From: an uncultured delta proteobacterium
GTDB lineage: Bacteria; Myxococcota_A; Polyangia; Polyangiales; Houyiibacteriaceae
Reading direction: 5' to 3'
Length of the DNA: 64,000 nt
Assembly (NCBI GenBank): GCA_963699755.1
Contig: CAVOVB010000003.1
Coordinates: forward strand, 384,001-448,000
Shown: piece by piece, positions 18,072-28,828 of the stretch
Position numbering within the stretch: position 1 is the first letter of the stretch
Layout: every line of letters begins with the position of its first letter
Made by a program: the position numbers and the translations under genes
The notes under the pieces: model-generated
Told to the model about the DNA's origin: nothing
Databases searched by the model: none
Seen by the model: only the letters and a program-made list of their open reading frames with translations

Positions 18072-18992
18072 ATGGCCCGGCCGCGCGTCGCATTCGTAGC
18101 CTCTGGTGGTGCCGCGAAAGGCGTGGCTCACATCGGTGTCCTTCGTGCGATGCAGGAGCTGGGCATCGAAGCCGACATCTGTGTGGGTGCCTCAGCAGGC
18201 GCGATCGCAGGCGCGTTCTACGCACAGGGCTACACACCATCGCAAATGATCGACTGGTTTCGACCTTTTTGGCAGCGAGGCATCGAAAGCCCGCCTCTCA
18301 AGGCGCGATATTTCCTCGGTTTGCCCAACCAGGAGCAGCGTCGCAGCTGGGGCTATCTCAGCAGCGGTCTTCTCTCGATCGATCGATTCGAGGGCTTCGT
18401 CGCCGAGCGGTTGCCGAGCAACGACTTTCGCGACCTCGACAAGCACTTGATGGTGACGGCTGCAGACATCGATGGTCGCGGCAGGGTGGTCTTCGGTCGT
18501 GGATACCGCGATGACGTTCCGATCAGCAAGGCCGTCGCTGCCTCGACCTGCGTGCCTGGTCTTTTCCGTCCGCACCGTATCGGCGATCGCTTCTACATCG
18601 ATGGCGAGGTCGTCCGCACACTCAGTATCGACTTGGCGGTCGAAGCTGGCGCCGACGTCGTGATCGTCTCCAACGTCTACCGTCCTCATGTCGGCCGAGT
18701 AGGAAGCCCGTCGCTCGTCCATCAAGGTGGCCTCGCGGTCGTTCGCCAAGCGCTGAACATCATTCTCAATGAAAAAGAGAAACGCGGCATCGATTTGATT
18801 CACAAGATGTATCCGCAAATCCAGGTCCTCGTCGTATCCCCGGATCTCGGGCGACTGCCCTTCACCTCACGGATGCATGCCCGCACGATGCTTCGCAGGG
18901 GCTACCGCGACGCGCTGCGGATTTTGGCGAAGGCGAAGCGGCGAGGGGTGTTCGAGGTGGCTCCCAACGTACGCAGCATCGGCGAGGCTTAG
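18072..18992 (+). CDS. Patatin-like phospholipase
   Basis: SGGAAKGVAHIGV, GASAG nucleophile elbow, ASTCVPGLF, YIDGE. Confidence 0.92.
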   Translation: MARPRVAFVASGGAAKGVAHIGVLRAMQELGIEADICVGASAGAIAGAFYAQGYTPSQMIDWFRPFWQRGIESPPLKARYFLGLPNQEQRRSWGYLSSGLLSIDRFEGFVAERLPSNDFRDLDKHLMVTAADIDGRGRVVFGRGYRDDVPISKAVAASTCVPGLFRPHRIGDRFYIDGEVVRTLSIDLAVEAGADVVIVSNVYRPHVGRVGSPSLVHQGGLAVVRQALNIILNEKEKRGIDLIHKMYPQIQVLVVSPDLGRLPFTSRMHARTMLRRGYRDALRILAKAKRRGVFEVAPNVRSIGEA

Positions 18993-19013
18993 GAGGCCCC
19001 ACCTGGCCTCCTA
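18990..19013. terminator. Perfect 9-bp hairpin spanning the stops of convergent patatin and cutA genes
   Basis: TAGGAGGCC-CCACCT-GGCCTCCTA; no U-tract. Confidence 0.5.
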
Positions 19014-19334
19014 GGTTTGCGCGACGGCCCAAGCGAGGTAGCTGTCACTTACCCCCTCTGCCGCGAGTGCCACGATTTCCGGAACATCATAGGGATGATT
19101 TGCTCTGATCCACGCGGCTAGCTCGTCGTACCGGCCCCTGCGTGTCTTGATCAGGAGCTGAATCTCGGCGTCGGTTTCAATCTTGCCCCGCCACCGATAG
19201 ACCGACTTCAGGCCAGGAACCGCGCTCACGCAGGCCGCCAGTCTTTGTTCGACCAGCCCCTTCGCCAGCTTCTCCGCCGTCGTCTCGTCCGGCACCGTGC
19301 ACAGCACGATCAATAGCTCGTTCTCGTGGCTCAC
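19011..19334 (-). CDS. cutA: Divalent-cation tolerance protein CutA
   Basis: LVEQRLAACV, SVYRWRGKIE, LLIKT, HPYDVPEI. Confidence 0.96.
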   Translation of the reverse strand: MSHENELLIVLCTVPDETTAEKLAKGLVEQRLAACVSAVPGLKSVYRWRGKIETDAEIQLLIKTRRGRYDELAAWIRANHPYDVPEIVALAAEGVSDSYLAWAVAQT

Positions 19335-19347
19335 GGGTCGGGCAACC

Positions 19348-20160
19348 TCAAATTGCGTGAACCCGCACGTCTAAACCGCGGTCGATGACTGCGACAGAGC
19401 GCTCAGGGACGGTTTCATAGCCAACGTGCTCTTCTTCAGCGCCGCAGACCAGCATGACGTAGCGAAGTGGCGTGCTGCCGGTGGGCGGAGGCCTGTAGTC
19501 GTCGGGCGGATCGTGAAGACCCTGGCGTTCGACGTAGATCATCGGTGCACCGTGTCTCAGCGCGTACATCGAGCGGCCGTTGGTAAGGATGAAACTGAGG
19601 CTGGTGTCACGGCTGCCGACTTCGGCGGTGAGCCGTTCGACCAGTGTGACCGCAGCGCTCAGGGCAGGCAGGGCTTGCGCTTCATTGAGGTCGGGGTTGT
19701 CGAGCTGACCCGCATCGTGCAGCAGTGTGAGAACCGTGTGGAAGAGATACTCGCTGTCGGTCTGTCCGCGGATGTTGCGGCGCAGGAAGTCAGGGATCAT
19801 CTCGGCGAGGTTGTCACGGATTGCGTCGAAACGGCCGATCGTACCCTGATGCGCGAAGAGCCAGCTCCGCATTCGAAACGGATGGGCATTCTCCGCGCGG
19901 AAGTCGCCCACGGTCGGTTGACGCATGTGCAAGACGGCGCAGTCCGAATGAACGTCACCGGCGATGCTCTGCCAATCGACGCGCTCGCCGGCGCGGGTTG
20001 GACGCTTCTTATGGAGTACCTCGTCCCCGTGATAAAAGCCGATGCCCCAACCGCTAGCGTCTGCCGCCGCTGTCTCGTGGCGAAGCACGGCGCGCTCTTG
20101 GTACAAGGCGTCGCGCATTCGGTCAGCGCGGTTCGCGACGTAGCCAATGAGCCTACTCAT
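19348..20160 (-). CDS. Class II glutamine amidotransferase-like (YafJ/EgtC family) protein with Ser at the nucleophile position
   Basis: MSRLIGY, SGWGIGFY, HMR, ENAHPF, WLFAHQG, GQTDSE; SD GGGAG 8 nt upstream. Confidence 0.85.
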   Translation of the reverse strand: MSRLIGYVANRADRMRDALYQERAVLRHETAAADASGWGIGFYHGDEVLHKKRPTRAGERVDWQSIAGDVHSDCAVLHMRQPTVGDFRAENAHPFRMRSWLFAHQGTIGRFDAIRDNLAEMIPDFLRRNIRGQTDSEYLFHTVLTLLHDAGQLDNPDLNEAQALPALSAAVTLVERLTAEVGSRDTSLSFILTNGRSMYALRHGAPMIYVERQGLHDPPDDYRPPPTGSTPLRYVMLVCGAEEEHVGYETVPERSVAVIDRGLDVRVHAI

Positions 20161-20323
20161 CGTTTGAGCTCCCAAGCGAAGTGTAAGTAGAGTACTGAAT
20201 CATCGTTCCCCATGTTCATGAATACCACGCGTCCAGATCCCCATCAACGAACTGGAGTGCCCCCAGGTCGGGGGTGGACGCACACAAAGTGGGCTGATGG
20301 AATGGATTGTGGTAGCGGTTGGT

Positions 20324-21217
20324 ATGTCCGTCGCATTGGACGGTGCGTTGGATGACTACATTCAGCACTTGCGCGTGGAACGAGGCCTATCGAGACACAC
20401 GGTGGACGCCTACGCCCACGATCTCGCTCGTTTCGTCAGCTGGCTCGTCGATGAAGGCTTGGCGTTCGACCAGGTCGATGATGCACGAGTCGCCGCCCAT
20501 CTCGTCACCTTGTCACAATCAGGCCTCAGCGCGCGCACGCAGGCGAGGGCGTTGAGCTCGATTCGCGGCTTCTTTCGCTTCCTCGTCGAGGAAGGCCGAC
20601 ACCCAGTCGACCCGACCGTTCTCCTGGAAGGGCCGCGCCTTCTACGCACGCTGCCGGACATCCTCAATCGCGACGAGGTCATTCGGCTCTTGAACGCGCC
20701 GAGCGGGACCAAGCCAAACCGCGTTCGCGATCGCGCCATGCTGCAGACGATGTACGCTGCCGGCCTCCGGGTCACCGAGCTCGTAGAGCTCGACCTCGGC
20801 GACGTGAACCTCGAGGACGGTTTCGTCTCGGCGCTGGGCAAAGGCAAGAAGCGGCGGATCGTCCCCATCGGAGCCCCGGCGCGCGCAGCATTGATCGGCT
20901 ATCTGACTGAGGTGAGGCCGAGATGGGCACGACCCTCTGGCCGTGCCTGCTTCGTCACTGCGCGCGGAAACGCAATGACCCGCCAGGCTTTCTGGAGTCT
21001 GGTCAAGCGATATGCGCGGGCGGCCGGAATCACGAAACCGATCTCGCCGCACAAGCTCCGGCACTCTTTTGCGACCCACCTGCTCGCAGGTGGCGCCGAT
21101 CTCCGCTCGGTACAGACGATGCTCGGTCACGCCGACATTTCGACCACCCAAATCTACACTCACGTCACCGGGGAGCACCTGAGGAAGATGCACGAGCGGT
21201 ACCACCCCCGCGGGTAG
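20324..21217 (+). CDS. xerD: Site-specific tyrosine recombinase XerD (alternative start 20297)
   Basis: [79 protein letters not shown]. Confidence 0.93.
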   Translation: MSVALDGALDDYIQHLRVERGLSRHTVDAYAHDLARFVSWLVDEGLAFDQVDDARVAAHLVTLSQSGLSARTQARALSSIRGFFRFLVEEGRHPVDPTVLLEGPRLLRTLPDILNRDEVIRLLNAPSGTKPNRVRDRAMLQTMYAAGLRVTELVELDLGDVNLEDGFVSALGKGKKRRIVPIGAPARAALIGYLTEVRPRWARPSGRACFVTARGNAMTRQAFWSLVKRYARAAGITKPISPHKLRHSFATHLLAGGADLRSVQTMLGHADISTTQIYTHVTGEHLRKMHERYHPRG

Positions 21218-21383
21218 ATCCACGCGATCAAATCGGGGCGAACGACTCGCTCATGACGCCCTGAGGACAGTCCCGGACAATGGTCGCAAGCGGACTGAAT
21301 CGGTATTCGGGCGCCTCCGTAGACTCGTGCTATAGGCCTGCCGCTCTGCACGCAATGAGGTCGACCTTGAGGAGGCAAGCACC

Positions 21384-22562
21384 GTGAACATTCACGAGTA
21401 TCAAGCAAAAGAACTGTACCGGAGGTACGGTATACCGGTGCCGAAGGGCATCCCCTGCATGTCGCCCGAGGAAGCGACGCAGGCGGCCAAGAAGCTCATC
21501 GAGGAGACCGGCAACGAGGTCGTCGTGGTCAAGGCACAGATTCACGCAGGCGGCCGTGGTAAGGCAGGAGGCGTCAAGGTCGTCAAAGGCGTGGGCGCCG
21601 CAACCGAGGCCGCAAGAGACATCTTTGGCAAGACACTCATCACCCATCAGACCGGTCCCGAAGGCAAGGTCGTGCAGCGCCTTCTAGTCGAGCAAGGTCT
21701 CGCCATCAAGAGCGAGCTCTACCTCGCGCTCGTCGTCGATCGCGAGACTCGTCGCATTGCGATCATGGCGTCGACCGAAGGCGGCATGGACATCGAAGAG
21801 GTTGCGGCGAGCACTCCGGAGAAGATTCACACCATTTCGATCGATCCGGCCGTCGGCTTGCAGGCCTACCAGATTCGTCAGCTCGCATTCGCGCTCGGCC
21901 TCTCCAAGCAGGAGCAAAAAAACTTCAGCAAGCTGCTCAGCGGACTTGCCACGCTCTTCGAAAAGGAAGACTGCTCGATCGCCGAAATCAACCCGCTCAT
22001 TCTCACCGAGGACGAGCAGGTCATCGCGCTCGATGCAAAGGTGAACTTCGATTCAAATGCCGAGTTCCGGCACAAGGCGTTCTGGGATTCGGTTCGCGAC
22101 CTCTCGGAGGAGGCGCCGACGGAGACGGAGGCCAAGGAAGCCGGCCTCTCGTTCATTCAGCTCGACGGCAACATCGGCTGCCTGGTCAACGGTGCAGGCC
22201 TCGCCATGAGCACCATGGACACGATCAAGCACTTCGGCGGCGAGCCCGCGAACTTCCTGGACGTCGGTGGCGGAGCGAGTCAGGAGGCCGTCACCAAGGC
22301 CTTCCGGATCATTCTCCAGTCGGATGCCGTCCAGGGCATCTTCGTGAACATATTCGGGGGCATCATGCGCTGCGACACCATCGCCAACGGCGTGGTCGCG
22401 GCCACCAAGGAGCTCGGCTTGAAGGTACCGCTCGTCGTCAGGCTCGAGGGCACCAAGGTCGAAGAGGGCCGCAAGATCCTCGACAGCTCCGGGCTTGCCA
22501 TCACGTCAGCGGCCACGATGGCCGAGGGCGCCCAGAAAATCGTCGAGCTGGCAAAGGGATAA
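21384..22562 (+). CDS. sucC: Succinyl-CoA ligase beta subunit
   Basis: [54 protein letters not shown]. Confidence 0.98.
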   Translation: MNIHEYQAKELYRRYGIPVPKGIPCMSPEEATQAAKKLIEETGNEVVVVKAQIHAGGRGKAGGVKVVKGVGAATEAARDIFGKTLITHQTGPEGKVVQRLLVEQGLAIKSELYLALVVDRETRRIAIMASTEGGMDIEEVAASTPEKIHTISIDPAVGLQAYQIRQLAFALGLSKQEQKNFSKLLSGLATLFEKEDCSIAEINPLILTEDEQVIALDAKVNFDSNAEFRHKAFWDSVRDLSEEAPTETEAKEAGLSFIQLDGNIGCLVNGAGLAMSTMDTIKHFGGEPANFLDVGGGASQEAVTKAFRIILQSDAVQGIFVNIFGGIMRCDTIANGVVAATKELGLKVPLVVRLEGTKVEEGRKILDSSGLAITSAATMAEGAQKIVELAKG

Positions 22563-22567
22563 GGGCG

Positions 22568-23437
22568 ATGTCGATTCTCGTAGACAAGAACACCAGGCTC
22601 GTCGTTCAGGGCATGACTGGGAGCGTCGGTCAGTTCCACACCGAGCAAATGATCGCCTACGGCACAAACATCGTGGCCGGCTGCACGCCAGGCAAGGGCG
22701 GCCAGTCGCTCCTGGACGTGCCGATCTACGACACGATGCGGGACGTGGTGAAGGAGACCGGGGCCAACGCTTCGTGCATCTTCGTGCCTCCCCCGTTTGC
22801 CGGAGACGCCATCCTGGAGGCGGTCGATGCCGAGGTTCCGCTCGTCGTCTGCATCACCGAGGGAATCCCAGTGATGGACATGATCAAAGTTCGACGGGTT
22901 CTCGATTCACAGGACAAGACCCGCCTCATTGGTCCGAACTGCCCCGGAGTCATCACGCCCGATCAGTGCAAAATCGGCATCATGCCCGGTCACGTTCACA
23001 AGGCTGGCCGCATCGGTGTCGTCTCGAAGAGCGGTACCCTGACCTATGAAGCGGTCGGCCAGCTCACCGCCCTCGGCATCGGCCAGAGCACGGCGGTTGG
23101 CATCGGGGGCGATCCGATCAATGGGACCGACTTCATCGACATCCTGAAGCTCTTCAACGACGACCCCGATACCGACGGGGTGATCTTGATCGGCGAAATC
23201 GGTGGCAACGCCGAGGAGCAGGCTGCGGCCTGGATCAAAGACAACTTCAAGAAGCCCGTCGCCGGGTTCATCGCGGGACGCACGGCGCCTCCGGGAAAGC
23301 GCATGGGTCATGCGGGCGCCATCATCAGCGGGGGCAAGGGCACCGCGGACGCGAAAATCGAGGCCCTCGAGGATGCCGGTGTGAAGGTCGCACCGACGCC
23401 GTCCGATATGGGCAGCACACTACAGAGCCTTCTCTAA
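22568..23437 (+). CDS. sucD: Succinyl-CoA ligase alpha subunit
   Basis: [36 protein letters not shown]. Confidence 0.98.
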   Translation: MSILVDKNTRLVVQGMTGSVGQFHTEQMIAYGTNIVAGCTPGKGGQSLLDVPIYDTMRDVVKETGANASCIFVPPPFAGDAILEAVDAEVPLVVCITEGIPVMDMIKVRRVLDSQDKTRLIGPNCPGVITPDQCKIGIMPGHVHKAGRIGVVSKSGTLTYEAVGQLTALGIGQSTAVGIGGDPINGTDFIDILKLFNDDPDTDGVILIGEIGGNAEEQAAAWIKDNFKKPVAGFIAGRTAPPGKRMGHAGAIISGGKGTADAKIEALEDAGVKVAPTPSDMGSTLQSLL

Positions 23438-23461
23438 ACAAGGAGTGGGCGGGAGAAAATC

Positions 23462-24445
23462 ATGTCGAAAAAACCGATGCGTGTCGCGGTCACGGGCGCC
23501 GCAGGCCAGATTGGCTACAGCCTTCTCTTCCGAATCGCCGCAGGTGAGATGCTTGGCAGTGATCAGCCGGTCATTCTGCAGCTCATCGACATTCCGCCAG
23601 CGATGAAAGCCGTCAGCGGCGTGATGATGGAGCTCGAGGACTGCGCGTTCCCGCTCCTCGCCGGCATGGAAGCCAGCGACGAACCCAGCGTGGGCTTCAA
23701 AGATAGCGACTTTGCGCTGCTCGTCGGCGCTCGTCCGCGCGGCAAGGGCATGCTCCGCAAAGACCTGCTCGAAGCCAACGGTGCAATTTTCACGGGGCAG
23801 GGCAAGGCGCTGAGCGATGCAGCTAGCCGAGACGTCAAGGTGCTGGTCGTTGGCAATCCAGCCAACACCAACAGCTACATTGCGATGAAGAATGCGCCGG
23901 ACCTCGACCCATCGTGTTTCACCGCAATGGTCCGCCTCGATCAGAACCGTGCGATATCGCAGGTTGCCGCCAAGACGGGACGCGCAGTGACGGACATCAA
24001 GAAGGTCACCATTTGGGGCAACCACTCGGCCACCCAGTACCCCGATCTCTTCAACGCCGAGATCGACGGCAAGAGCGTTGCCGCTCTCATCAACGACAAG
24101 GCTTGGATCGAAAACGACTTCATCCCAACCGTTCAGCAGCGCGGCAAGGAAATCATCGAAGCCCGCGGCCTTTCGAGCGCGGCTTCTGCGGCAAACGCTG
24201 CCATCGATCACGTTCGCGATTGGCATCTCGGTACGGTCGCCGGCGATTGGGCCTCGATGGCGGTACCTTCGGACGGCAGCTACGGCATCCCTGAAGGTAT
24301 CATCTACGGCTTTCCCTGCACTTGCAGCGGTGGGAAATGGTCGATCGTCCAGGGGCTCGAGATCAACGAGTTCAGCCGCGCCAAAATGGATGCCACGGCC
24401 GCGGAGCTGCAAGAAGAAGCTGCTGCGGTCGCTCATTTGGTTTAG
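23462..24445 (+). CDS. mdh: Malate dehydrogenase (cytosolic/Thermus type)
   Basis: [44 protein letters not shown]. Confidence 0.97.
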   Translation: MSKKPMRVAVTGAAGQIGYSLLFRIAAGEMLGSDQPVILQLIDIPPAMKAVSGVMMELEDCAFPLLAGMEASDEPSVGFKDSDFALLVGARPRGKGMLRKDLLEANGAIFTGQGKALSDAASRDVKVLVVGNPANTNSYIAMKNAPDLDPSCFTAMVRLDQNRAISQVAAKTGRAVTDIKKVTIWGNHSATQYPDLFNAEIDGKSVAALINDKAWIENDFIPTVQQRGKEIIEARGLSSAASAANAAIDHVRDWHLGTVAGDWASMAVPSDGSYGIPEGIIYGFPCTCSGGKWSIVQGLEINEFSRAKMDATAAELQEEAAAVAHLV

Positions 24446-24481
24446 TCTTCGGCCAGTTCCAACCGGGGAGGCGGTGCCGGG

Positions 24482-25381
24482 ATGCGAAAGCCGAGGCTGG
24501 TCGAAGAGCACGAAGCGGCGGGCAAACGCATCGTAGTCGACGGCCAGCACATCTTCGTTCGCGAGCACGGCGAGGGCGAGCCGGTTCTCCTTCTTCATGG
24601 CGTCCCGTCGAGCTCCTTCCTCTATCGGAAGATGCTTCCAGAGCTCGCCGGTCACGGGCTTAGGGCGATCAGTTTCGATTTCCCCGGTGTGGGATTGAGT
24701 GACAAGCCCCAGGACATCGACTACGACTGGCATGCGCTCGCGAAATGGGTCGGCCGCGTCGTGGACACGCTAGCCCTGCCACCGGTGCACTTGGTCCTTC
24801 ACGACATTGCAGGTCCGATCGGCGCGGAGTGGGCGATTCACAATCCGGTGAAGGTGCGCTCCATCACCTTCACCAACACGGTGATGGATGTGGCGGACTT
24901 CATCCCCGCATTTCCGATTCGGGCCCTGCGCGTTCCGGTCCTTCGCCACGTCGTCTTTTCGACGATGAACATCTCCACCGCCCTGAAGCTCTTCCGTCAC
25001 AGTGGGGTCAAGAACCCCGATGCGATCGACGAGGACGTTGTCGCCGCTTATCTCTACCTGCTGAGGAACAACGGGGGGCACCGCAGCTTCCTCGAGATCA
25101 TGGACGGCTTCGACCTCAGCGAGAAGTATCGCGACTGGCTGCGCGACGGCCTTCTGGCAATCGACAAGCCCATGCAGCTGGTATGGGGAGAGCAAGAGAC
25201 TGCAATCCCGAAGGCGCAGCTCCACTACATCAAGCAGGTGTTTCCCCTGCGCGCAGAGCACCGAGTCGACGCTCGCCACTTCTTGCAGGAAGAGCAGCCT
25301 GCCGTCATCGCCGCGCATATAGCGGCCTTCGCCCAGGACATTGCTCAGCAATCAAAACGCGCTACAAACGCGCCTGGCTAA
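24482..25381 (+). CDS. Alpha/beta hydrolase (haloalkane dehalogenase/epoxide hydrolase-like, Asp nucleophile)
   Basis: LLHGVPSSS, DFPGVGLSDKP, LVLHDIAG, HFLQEEQP. Confidence 0.88.
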   Translation: MRKPRLVEEHEAAGKRIVVDGQHIFVREHGEGEPVLLLHGVPSSSFLYRKMLPELAGHGLRAISFDFPGVGLSDKPQDIDYDWHALAKWVGRVVDTLALPPVHLVLHDIAGPIGAEWAIHNPVKVRSITFTNTVMDVADFIPAFPIRALRVPVLRHVVFSTMNISTALKLFRHSGVKNPDAIDEDVVAAYLYLLRNNGGHRSFLEIMDGFDLSEKYRDWLRDGLLAIDKPMQLVWGEQETAIPKAQLHYIKQVFPLRAEHRVDARHFLQEEQPAVIAAHIAAFAQDIAQQSKRATNAPG

Positions 25382-25444
25382 CCCCGGTAGAACGCCCCTA
25401 ACGCCACGGGGCTTTCCCCCAGGAACAGTAGAAGAGGAGCCCAG

Positions 25445-25864
25445 ATGGCTGTCGAACGGACCCTTAGCATCATCAAGCCCGACGCGGTCGAGCAGAACAA
25501 CATCGGGAACATCCTAGCCATGGTTCAGAGCGCGGGTCTCAAAATTCTCGGCATGCGCATGCTGCGTCTGAGCCGCGCACAGGCCGAAGGGTTCTACGCG
25601 GTTCACAAAGAGCGCCCGTTTTTCGGTGAGCTCGTCGAGTTCATGACCCGCGGCCCCGTGGTCGTGACGGCCCTCGAGGCAGACGACGCCGTGGCGCGGT
25701 ACCGGGCGCTGATGGGTTCGACGAACCCAGCCGAGGCGGAAGAGGGCACCATCCGCAAGGCCTACGGCACCGACATCGGTGAGAATGCTTGCCATGGCTC
25801 CGACAGCGTCGAGAACGGCCGGATCGAAGTCTCGTACTTCTTCCCCGAGTACCTGCTCAGGTAG
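25445..25864 (+). CDS. ndk: Nucleoside diphosphate kinase
   Basis: [35 protein letters not shown]. Confidence 0.98.
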   Translation: MAVERTLSIIKPDAVEQNNIGNILAMVQSAGLKILGMRMLRLSRAQAEGFYAVHKERPFFGELVEFMTRGPVVVTALEADDAVARYRALMGSTNPAEAEEGTIRKAYGTDIGENACHGSDSVENGRIEVSYFFPEYLLR

Positions 25865-25867
25865 GCG

Positions 25868-26701
25868 ATGAGCGATTCCATCGAAAGTCGGTTGCGCCCA
25901 CTCATCGAGCAAGCGTTCGAAGATCGTTCGAAGCTCGAGGGGGCGGAGCACCGCTCGGCGATTGAAGAGACCATCGAGCTACTCGACAAGGGCAAGCTTC
26001 GAGTCGCTAGCCGCGGCCATGACGGCGAGTGGACCGTGCACGCCTGGACCAAGCAAGCGATTCTCCTCTACTTTGGCATTCGTGCGATGGAGCGGGTCGA
26101 GGTCGGCGCGTACGAGTACCACGACAAGATTCCCCTGAAAAAGAACCTCGACCAGCAGGGGGTGCGCGTGGTGCCGCCCGGTACGGTTCGGTACGGCGCG
26201 CACATGGAGCCCGGCTCGATTCTCATGCCCGGCTACGTGAACATCGGTGCGTATGTGGGCGCTGGCTCGATGGTCGACACCTGGGCCACGGTCGGTTCTT
26301 GCGCGCAAGTCGGCAAAGGTGTTCATCTTTCGGGCGGCGTCGGTCTCGGTGGCGTTCTCGAGCCCCCCGGCGCAGAGCCGGTGATCATCGAAGATGGCGC
26401 GTTCATCGGCTCGCGGGCCATCGTCGTCGAAGGCTCGCGGATCGGCGAAGAAGCCGTGCTCGGCGCCAACGTCGTCATCACCTCGAGCACAAAGATCATC
26501 GACGTCACTGGCCCTGAGCCCGTCGAAACCCGCGGCTACGTTCCGCCGCGATCCGTCGTCATTCCAGGTACGCGTGCCAAGAAGTTCCCTGCAGGGGAGT
26601 TCCAGGTTCCCGTTGCCTTGATCATCGGGAAGCGGAAGGCCAGCACCGACAAGAAGGTCACGCTGAACGAGGCGCTCAGGGACTTCGGAGTGTCGGTCTA
26701 G
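25868..26701 (+). CDS. dapD: Tetrahydrodipicolinate N-succinyltransferase
   Basis: DKIPLK, RVVPP, VNIGAYV..GSMVDTWATVGSCAQVG, HLSGGVGLGGVLEP. Confidence 0.96.
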   Translation: MSDSIESRLRPLIEQAFEDRSKLEGAEHRSAIEETIELLDKGKLRVASRGHDGEWTVHAWTKQAILLYFGIRAMERVEVGAYEYHDKIPLKKNLDQQGVRVVPPGTVRYGAHMEPGSILMPGYVNIGAYVGAGSMVDTWATVGSCAQVGKGVHLSGGVGLGGVLEPPGAEPVIIEDGAFIGSRAIVVEGSRIGEEAVLGANVVITSSTKIIDVTGPEPVETRGYVPPRSVVIPGTRAKKFPAGEFQVPVALIIGKRKASTDKKVTLNEALRDFGVSV

Positions 26702-26729
26702 CAGCGGAAGCGATCGGTTTGCCAGGGAG

Positions 26730-27431
26730 GTGCTCGTGAAAGAACTGTCGTTCGACGTCGCCATGCTGGCAACACCTCACATCGACCACTACGCGAAGGC
26801 AACTCAGGCCAACTGGCAAGCCTACTGCGATCGCCATGGCTATCGCTTCGTCGCTTGGCGAGAGGTCGTGCTCGATGACATGCATCTCATCTGGTCGAAA
26901 ATCGAGTGGATGCGCCGCCACATGCGCGACATGACGGCCGACTGGCTGGTGGTCGTCGATGCCGATACGATGGTGAACCGGCCTGAACGAGAGCTCGCTG
27001 AGCTCGTGCACGCGCATCCGGGCAAGGATTTCATCATATCGGAGGACTGCTCGCGCAGGTTCGGGATCCCATTGCCGTTCACCCTGCGCGCAGTCATCTC
27101 TGCCCGCACCCTACGCCCGCCCAACTGCGGCTTCATGATGATTCGCAATTCCGACTTCGGAGTCCGCTTTCTCGATGAATGGCTCGAAAACGGTCGCGGG
27201 AGATTTGCCCACATCGCCGACGTCTTTCCGCGCGAGCAATGGGTCCTCTGGCTGTCGCTCTTTCGCGAGCAACGTGCTCGGATCGCGGTTCTGGGGAAGG
27301 AAGTCATGAGGATTGGCAATCAGCCTTTGCTCGATTGGACCACGGATTGGAGTGATGCGTTCGTGCTCCACGACAAGCGCCTTCCAAGCTGTGAATCGCT
27401 CAGCGTCGACGATTTACCGCTGAAGCGCTGA
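26730..27431 (+). CDS. GT34-like glycosyltransferase (GMA12/MNN10 family)
   Basis: YCDRHGY, WSKI, WLVVVDAD (DxD), NCGFMMIRNS..FLDEW, EQ. Confidence 0.75.
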   Translation: MLVKELSFDVAMLATPHIDHYAKATQANWQAYCDRHGYRFVAWREVVLDDMHLIWSKIEWMRRHMRDMTADWLVVVDADTMVNRPERELAELVHAHPGKDFIISEDCSRRFGIPLPFTLRAVISARTLRPPNCGFMMIRNSDFGVRFLDEWLENGRGRFAHIADVFPREQWVLWLSLFREQRARIAVLGKEVMRIGNQPLLDWTTDWSDAFVLHDKRLPSCESLSVDDLPLKR

Positions 27432-27502
27432 GGCTATCTGACGCTAGTCGGGCCCGAGATTCTCGTGTTGTAGTCACCGGCCCATCCGTGCTTAGATGCC
27501 CG

Positions 27503-28495
27503 ATGCGCAGCATCTCCCTCCTCTTGCTCGTCGCCGTCCTCATCAGCGGAGACTCGTTCACCGCCGAAGCCCGAGCGGAAGCAACCCATCAGTTGCGAAT
27601 CGCCACCCTGGCTCCGCGCGACTCGCCCCTTGGCGACGTGTATCAGAACCTCAAAGTCGGCATGAAGAACCGGACCAACGGGCAGGTGAACATGAAGATG
27701 TACTACGGCGGCATCGCCGGCGATGAGATCACCGTCGTTCGGAAGATGCGCGTAGGACAACTCGATGGTGCTTTGATCACTGCGACCGGCTTGTCTGCCC
27801 TCGTTCGACAGGTGCTCGTCATGGAAGCACCAGGGCTGATACGAAGCTATCCCGAGCTCGACGCGGTGCGCGAAGACCTCGCTCCCGAGCTCGAAGCGCT
27901 CTTCGACAAGGCAGGGTACAAGCTCATTGCCTGGGGCGATGCGGGCAAGACCCGAATCTTCTCCACGAGCAAGATATTCTCACCGTCCGATCTGCAGAAC
28001 GTTCGGCCTTGGGTGTGGCGGGACTCGGCGACGATGAAAGCGTTCATCAAGGCTTCGGGTGCCAACGGCGTCTTGCTCAATCTGCCGGAGGTCTACTCCG
28101 GCCTCCAGACGGGGATCATCGACACGGTCATCGCCTCATCGGTCGCCGTCCTCGCCTTCCAGTGGCACACGAAGCTCAAGACCATGGCGAAGCAGGCGGG
28201 CGGTATCGTGACGGGCGCCTTCGTCATCAGAAAGGATCACCTCGAGACGCTCCCCAAGGAAGCTCGAGACTACCTCGACGAGGTGTCGGGCGAGACCGAA
28301 GAGGTGTTTCGGAGGGAAGGCCGAAAGATCGACGACGAGGCGGCGGTCACGCTTTCGGAGCGTCTCAAGGTGGTCAATCTCTTCCGAGCTCAGCGTCAGT
28401 GGGAGGCCGTCCAGTTCCAAGCCCGCGAGTCGCTCGTCGGCCGGATGTACTCCCGTGCGCTCCTCAACCGAGTTCAGCAAGTCCTCAAGAAATAG
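27503..28495 (+). CDS. dctP: TRAP transporter substrate-binding protein DctP
   Basis: Signal peptide; LRIATLAP..S, YYGGIAGDE..VVRKMRVGQLDG, PEVYSGLQTGIID. Confidence 0.88.
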   Translation: MRSISLLLLVAVLISGDSFTAEARAEATHQLRIATLAPRDSPLGDVYQNLKVGMKNRTNGQVNMKMYYGGIAGDEITVVRKMRVGQLDGALITATGLSALVRQVLVMEAPGLIRSYPELDAVREDLAPELEALFDKAGYKLIAWGDAGKTRIFSTSKIFSPSDLQNVRPWVWRDSATMKAFIKASGANGVLLNLPEVYSGLQTGIIDTVIASSVAVLAFQWHTKLKTMAKQAGGIVTGAFVIRKDHLETLPKEARDYLDEVSGETEEVFRREGRKIDDEAAVTLSERLKVVNLFRAQRQWEAVQFQARESLVGRMYSRALLNRVQQVLKK

Positions 28496-28520
28496 CCCCG
28501 ACCAGGGGCACGGCGCGGGA

Positions 28521-28739
28521 CTACCCCTCTTCGAGCAAGGGAGGATTCTCCTGCGCCCACTGGTACGCCATGTACGAGGACAGCAGATGGCAAATCCAGC
28601 CGAGAAAACCACCGCTCCCAATCCAAAGACCGGGCGTGATGATCAGCCAAATCAAACCCCGCAAGAACTTACCGTTATAGAATTGGCCGAGGCCCGGAAT
28701 GATGAACGATAGGACTGCAGCCGTACCAGGTCGATCCAT
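28521..28739 (-). CDS. Small TM2-like membrane protein
   Basis: AAVLSFIIPGLGQFYNG motif plus hydrophobic helices; has its own promoter. Confidence 0.8.
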   Translation of the reverse strand: MDRPGTAAVLSFIIPGLGQFYNGKFLRGLIWLIITPGLWIGSGGFLGWICHLLSSYMAYQWAQENPPLLEEG

Positions 28740-28745
28740 GTCCTG

Positions 28746-28773
28746 AAGATGCGTCGCTTCCGCCGCCTGTCAA
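28746..28773 (-). promoter_or_regulatory. sigma70-like promoter (leaderless geometry)
   Basis: TTGACA-N16-CATCTT, then 6 nt to ATG 28739. Confidence 0.55.
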
Positions 28774-28828
28774 CGGCCGCATTCGGCGTGATTGCGCCAG
28801 ACCCCAAACTCTGCCACCGCTCAGGGTC

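Noticed and set aside
18590..18620. Patatin DGE in place of DGG as an inactivating change
   Set aside because: The catalytic Ser (GASAG) and Asp are retained; the third position varies in the family.
20297..21217. Tyrosine recombinase as a phage or ICE integrase
   Set aside because: Length, motifs and the HPRG ending match housekeeping XerD; no att/tRNA site or cargo genes nearby.
21260..21340. GGACA repeats and CAGTCC/GGACTG arms upstream of sucC as an operator
   Set aside because: Too short to distinguish from chance at this GC content.
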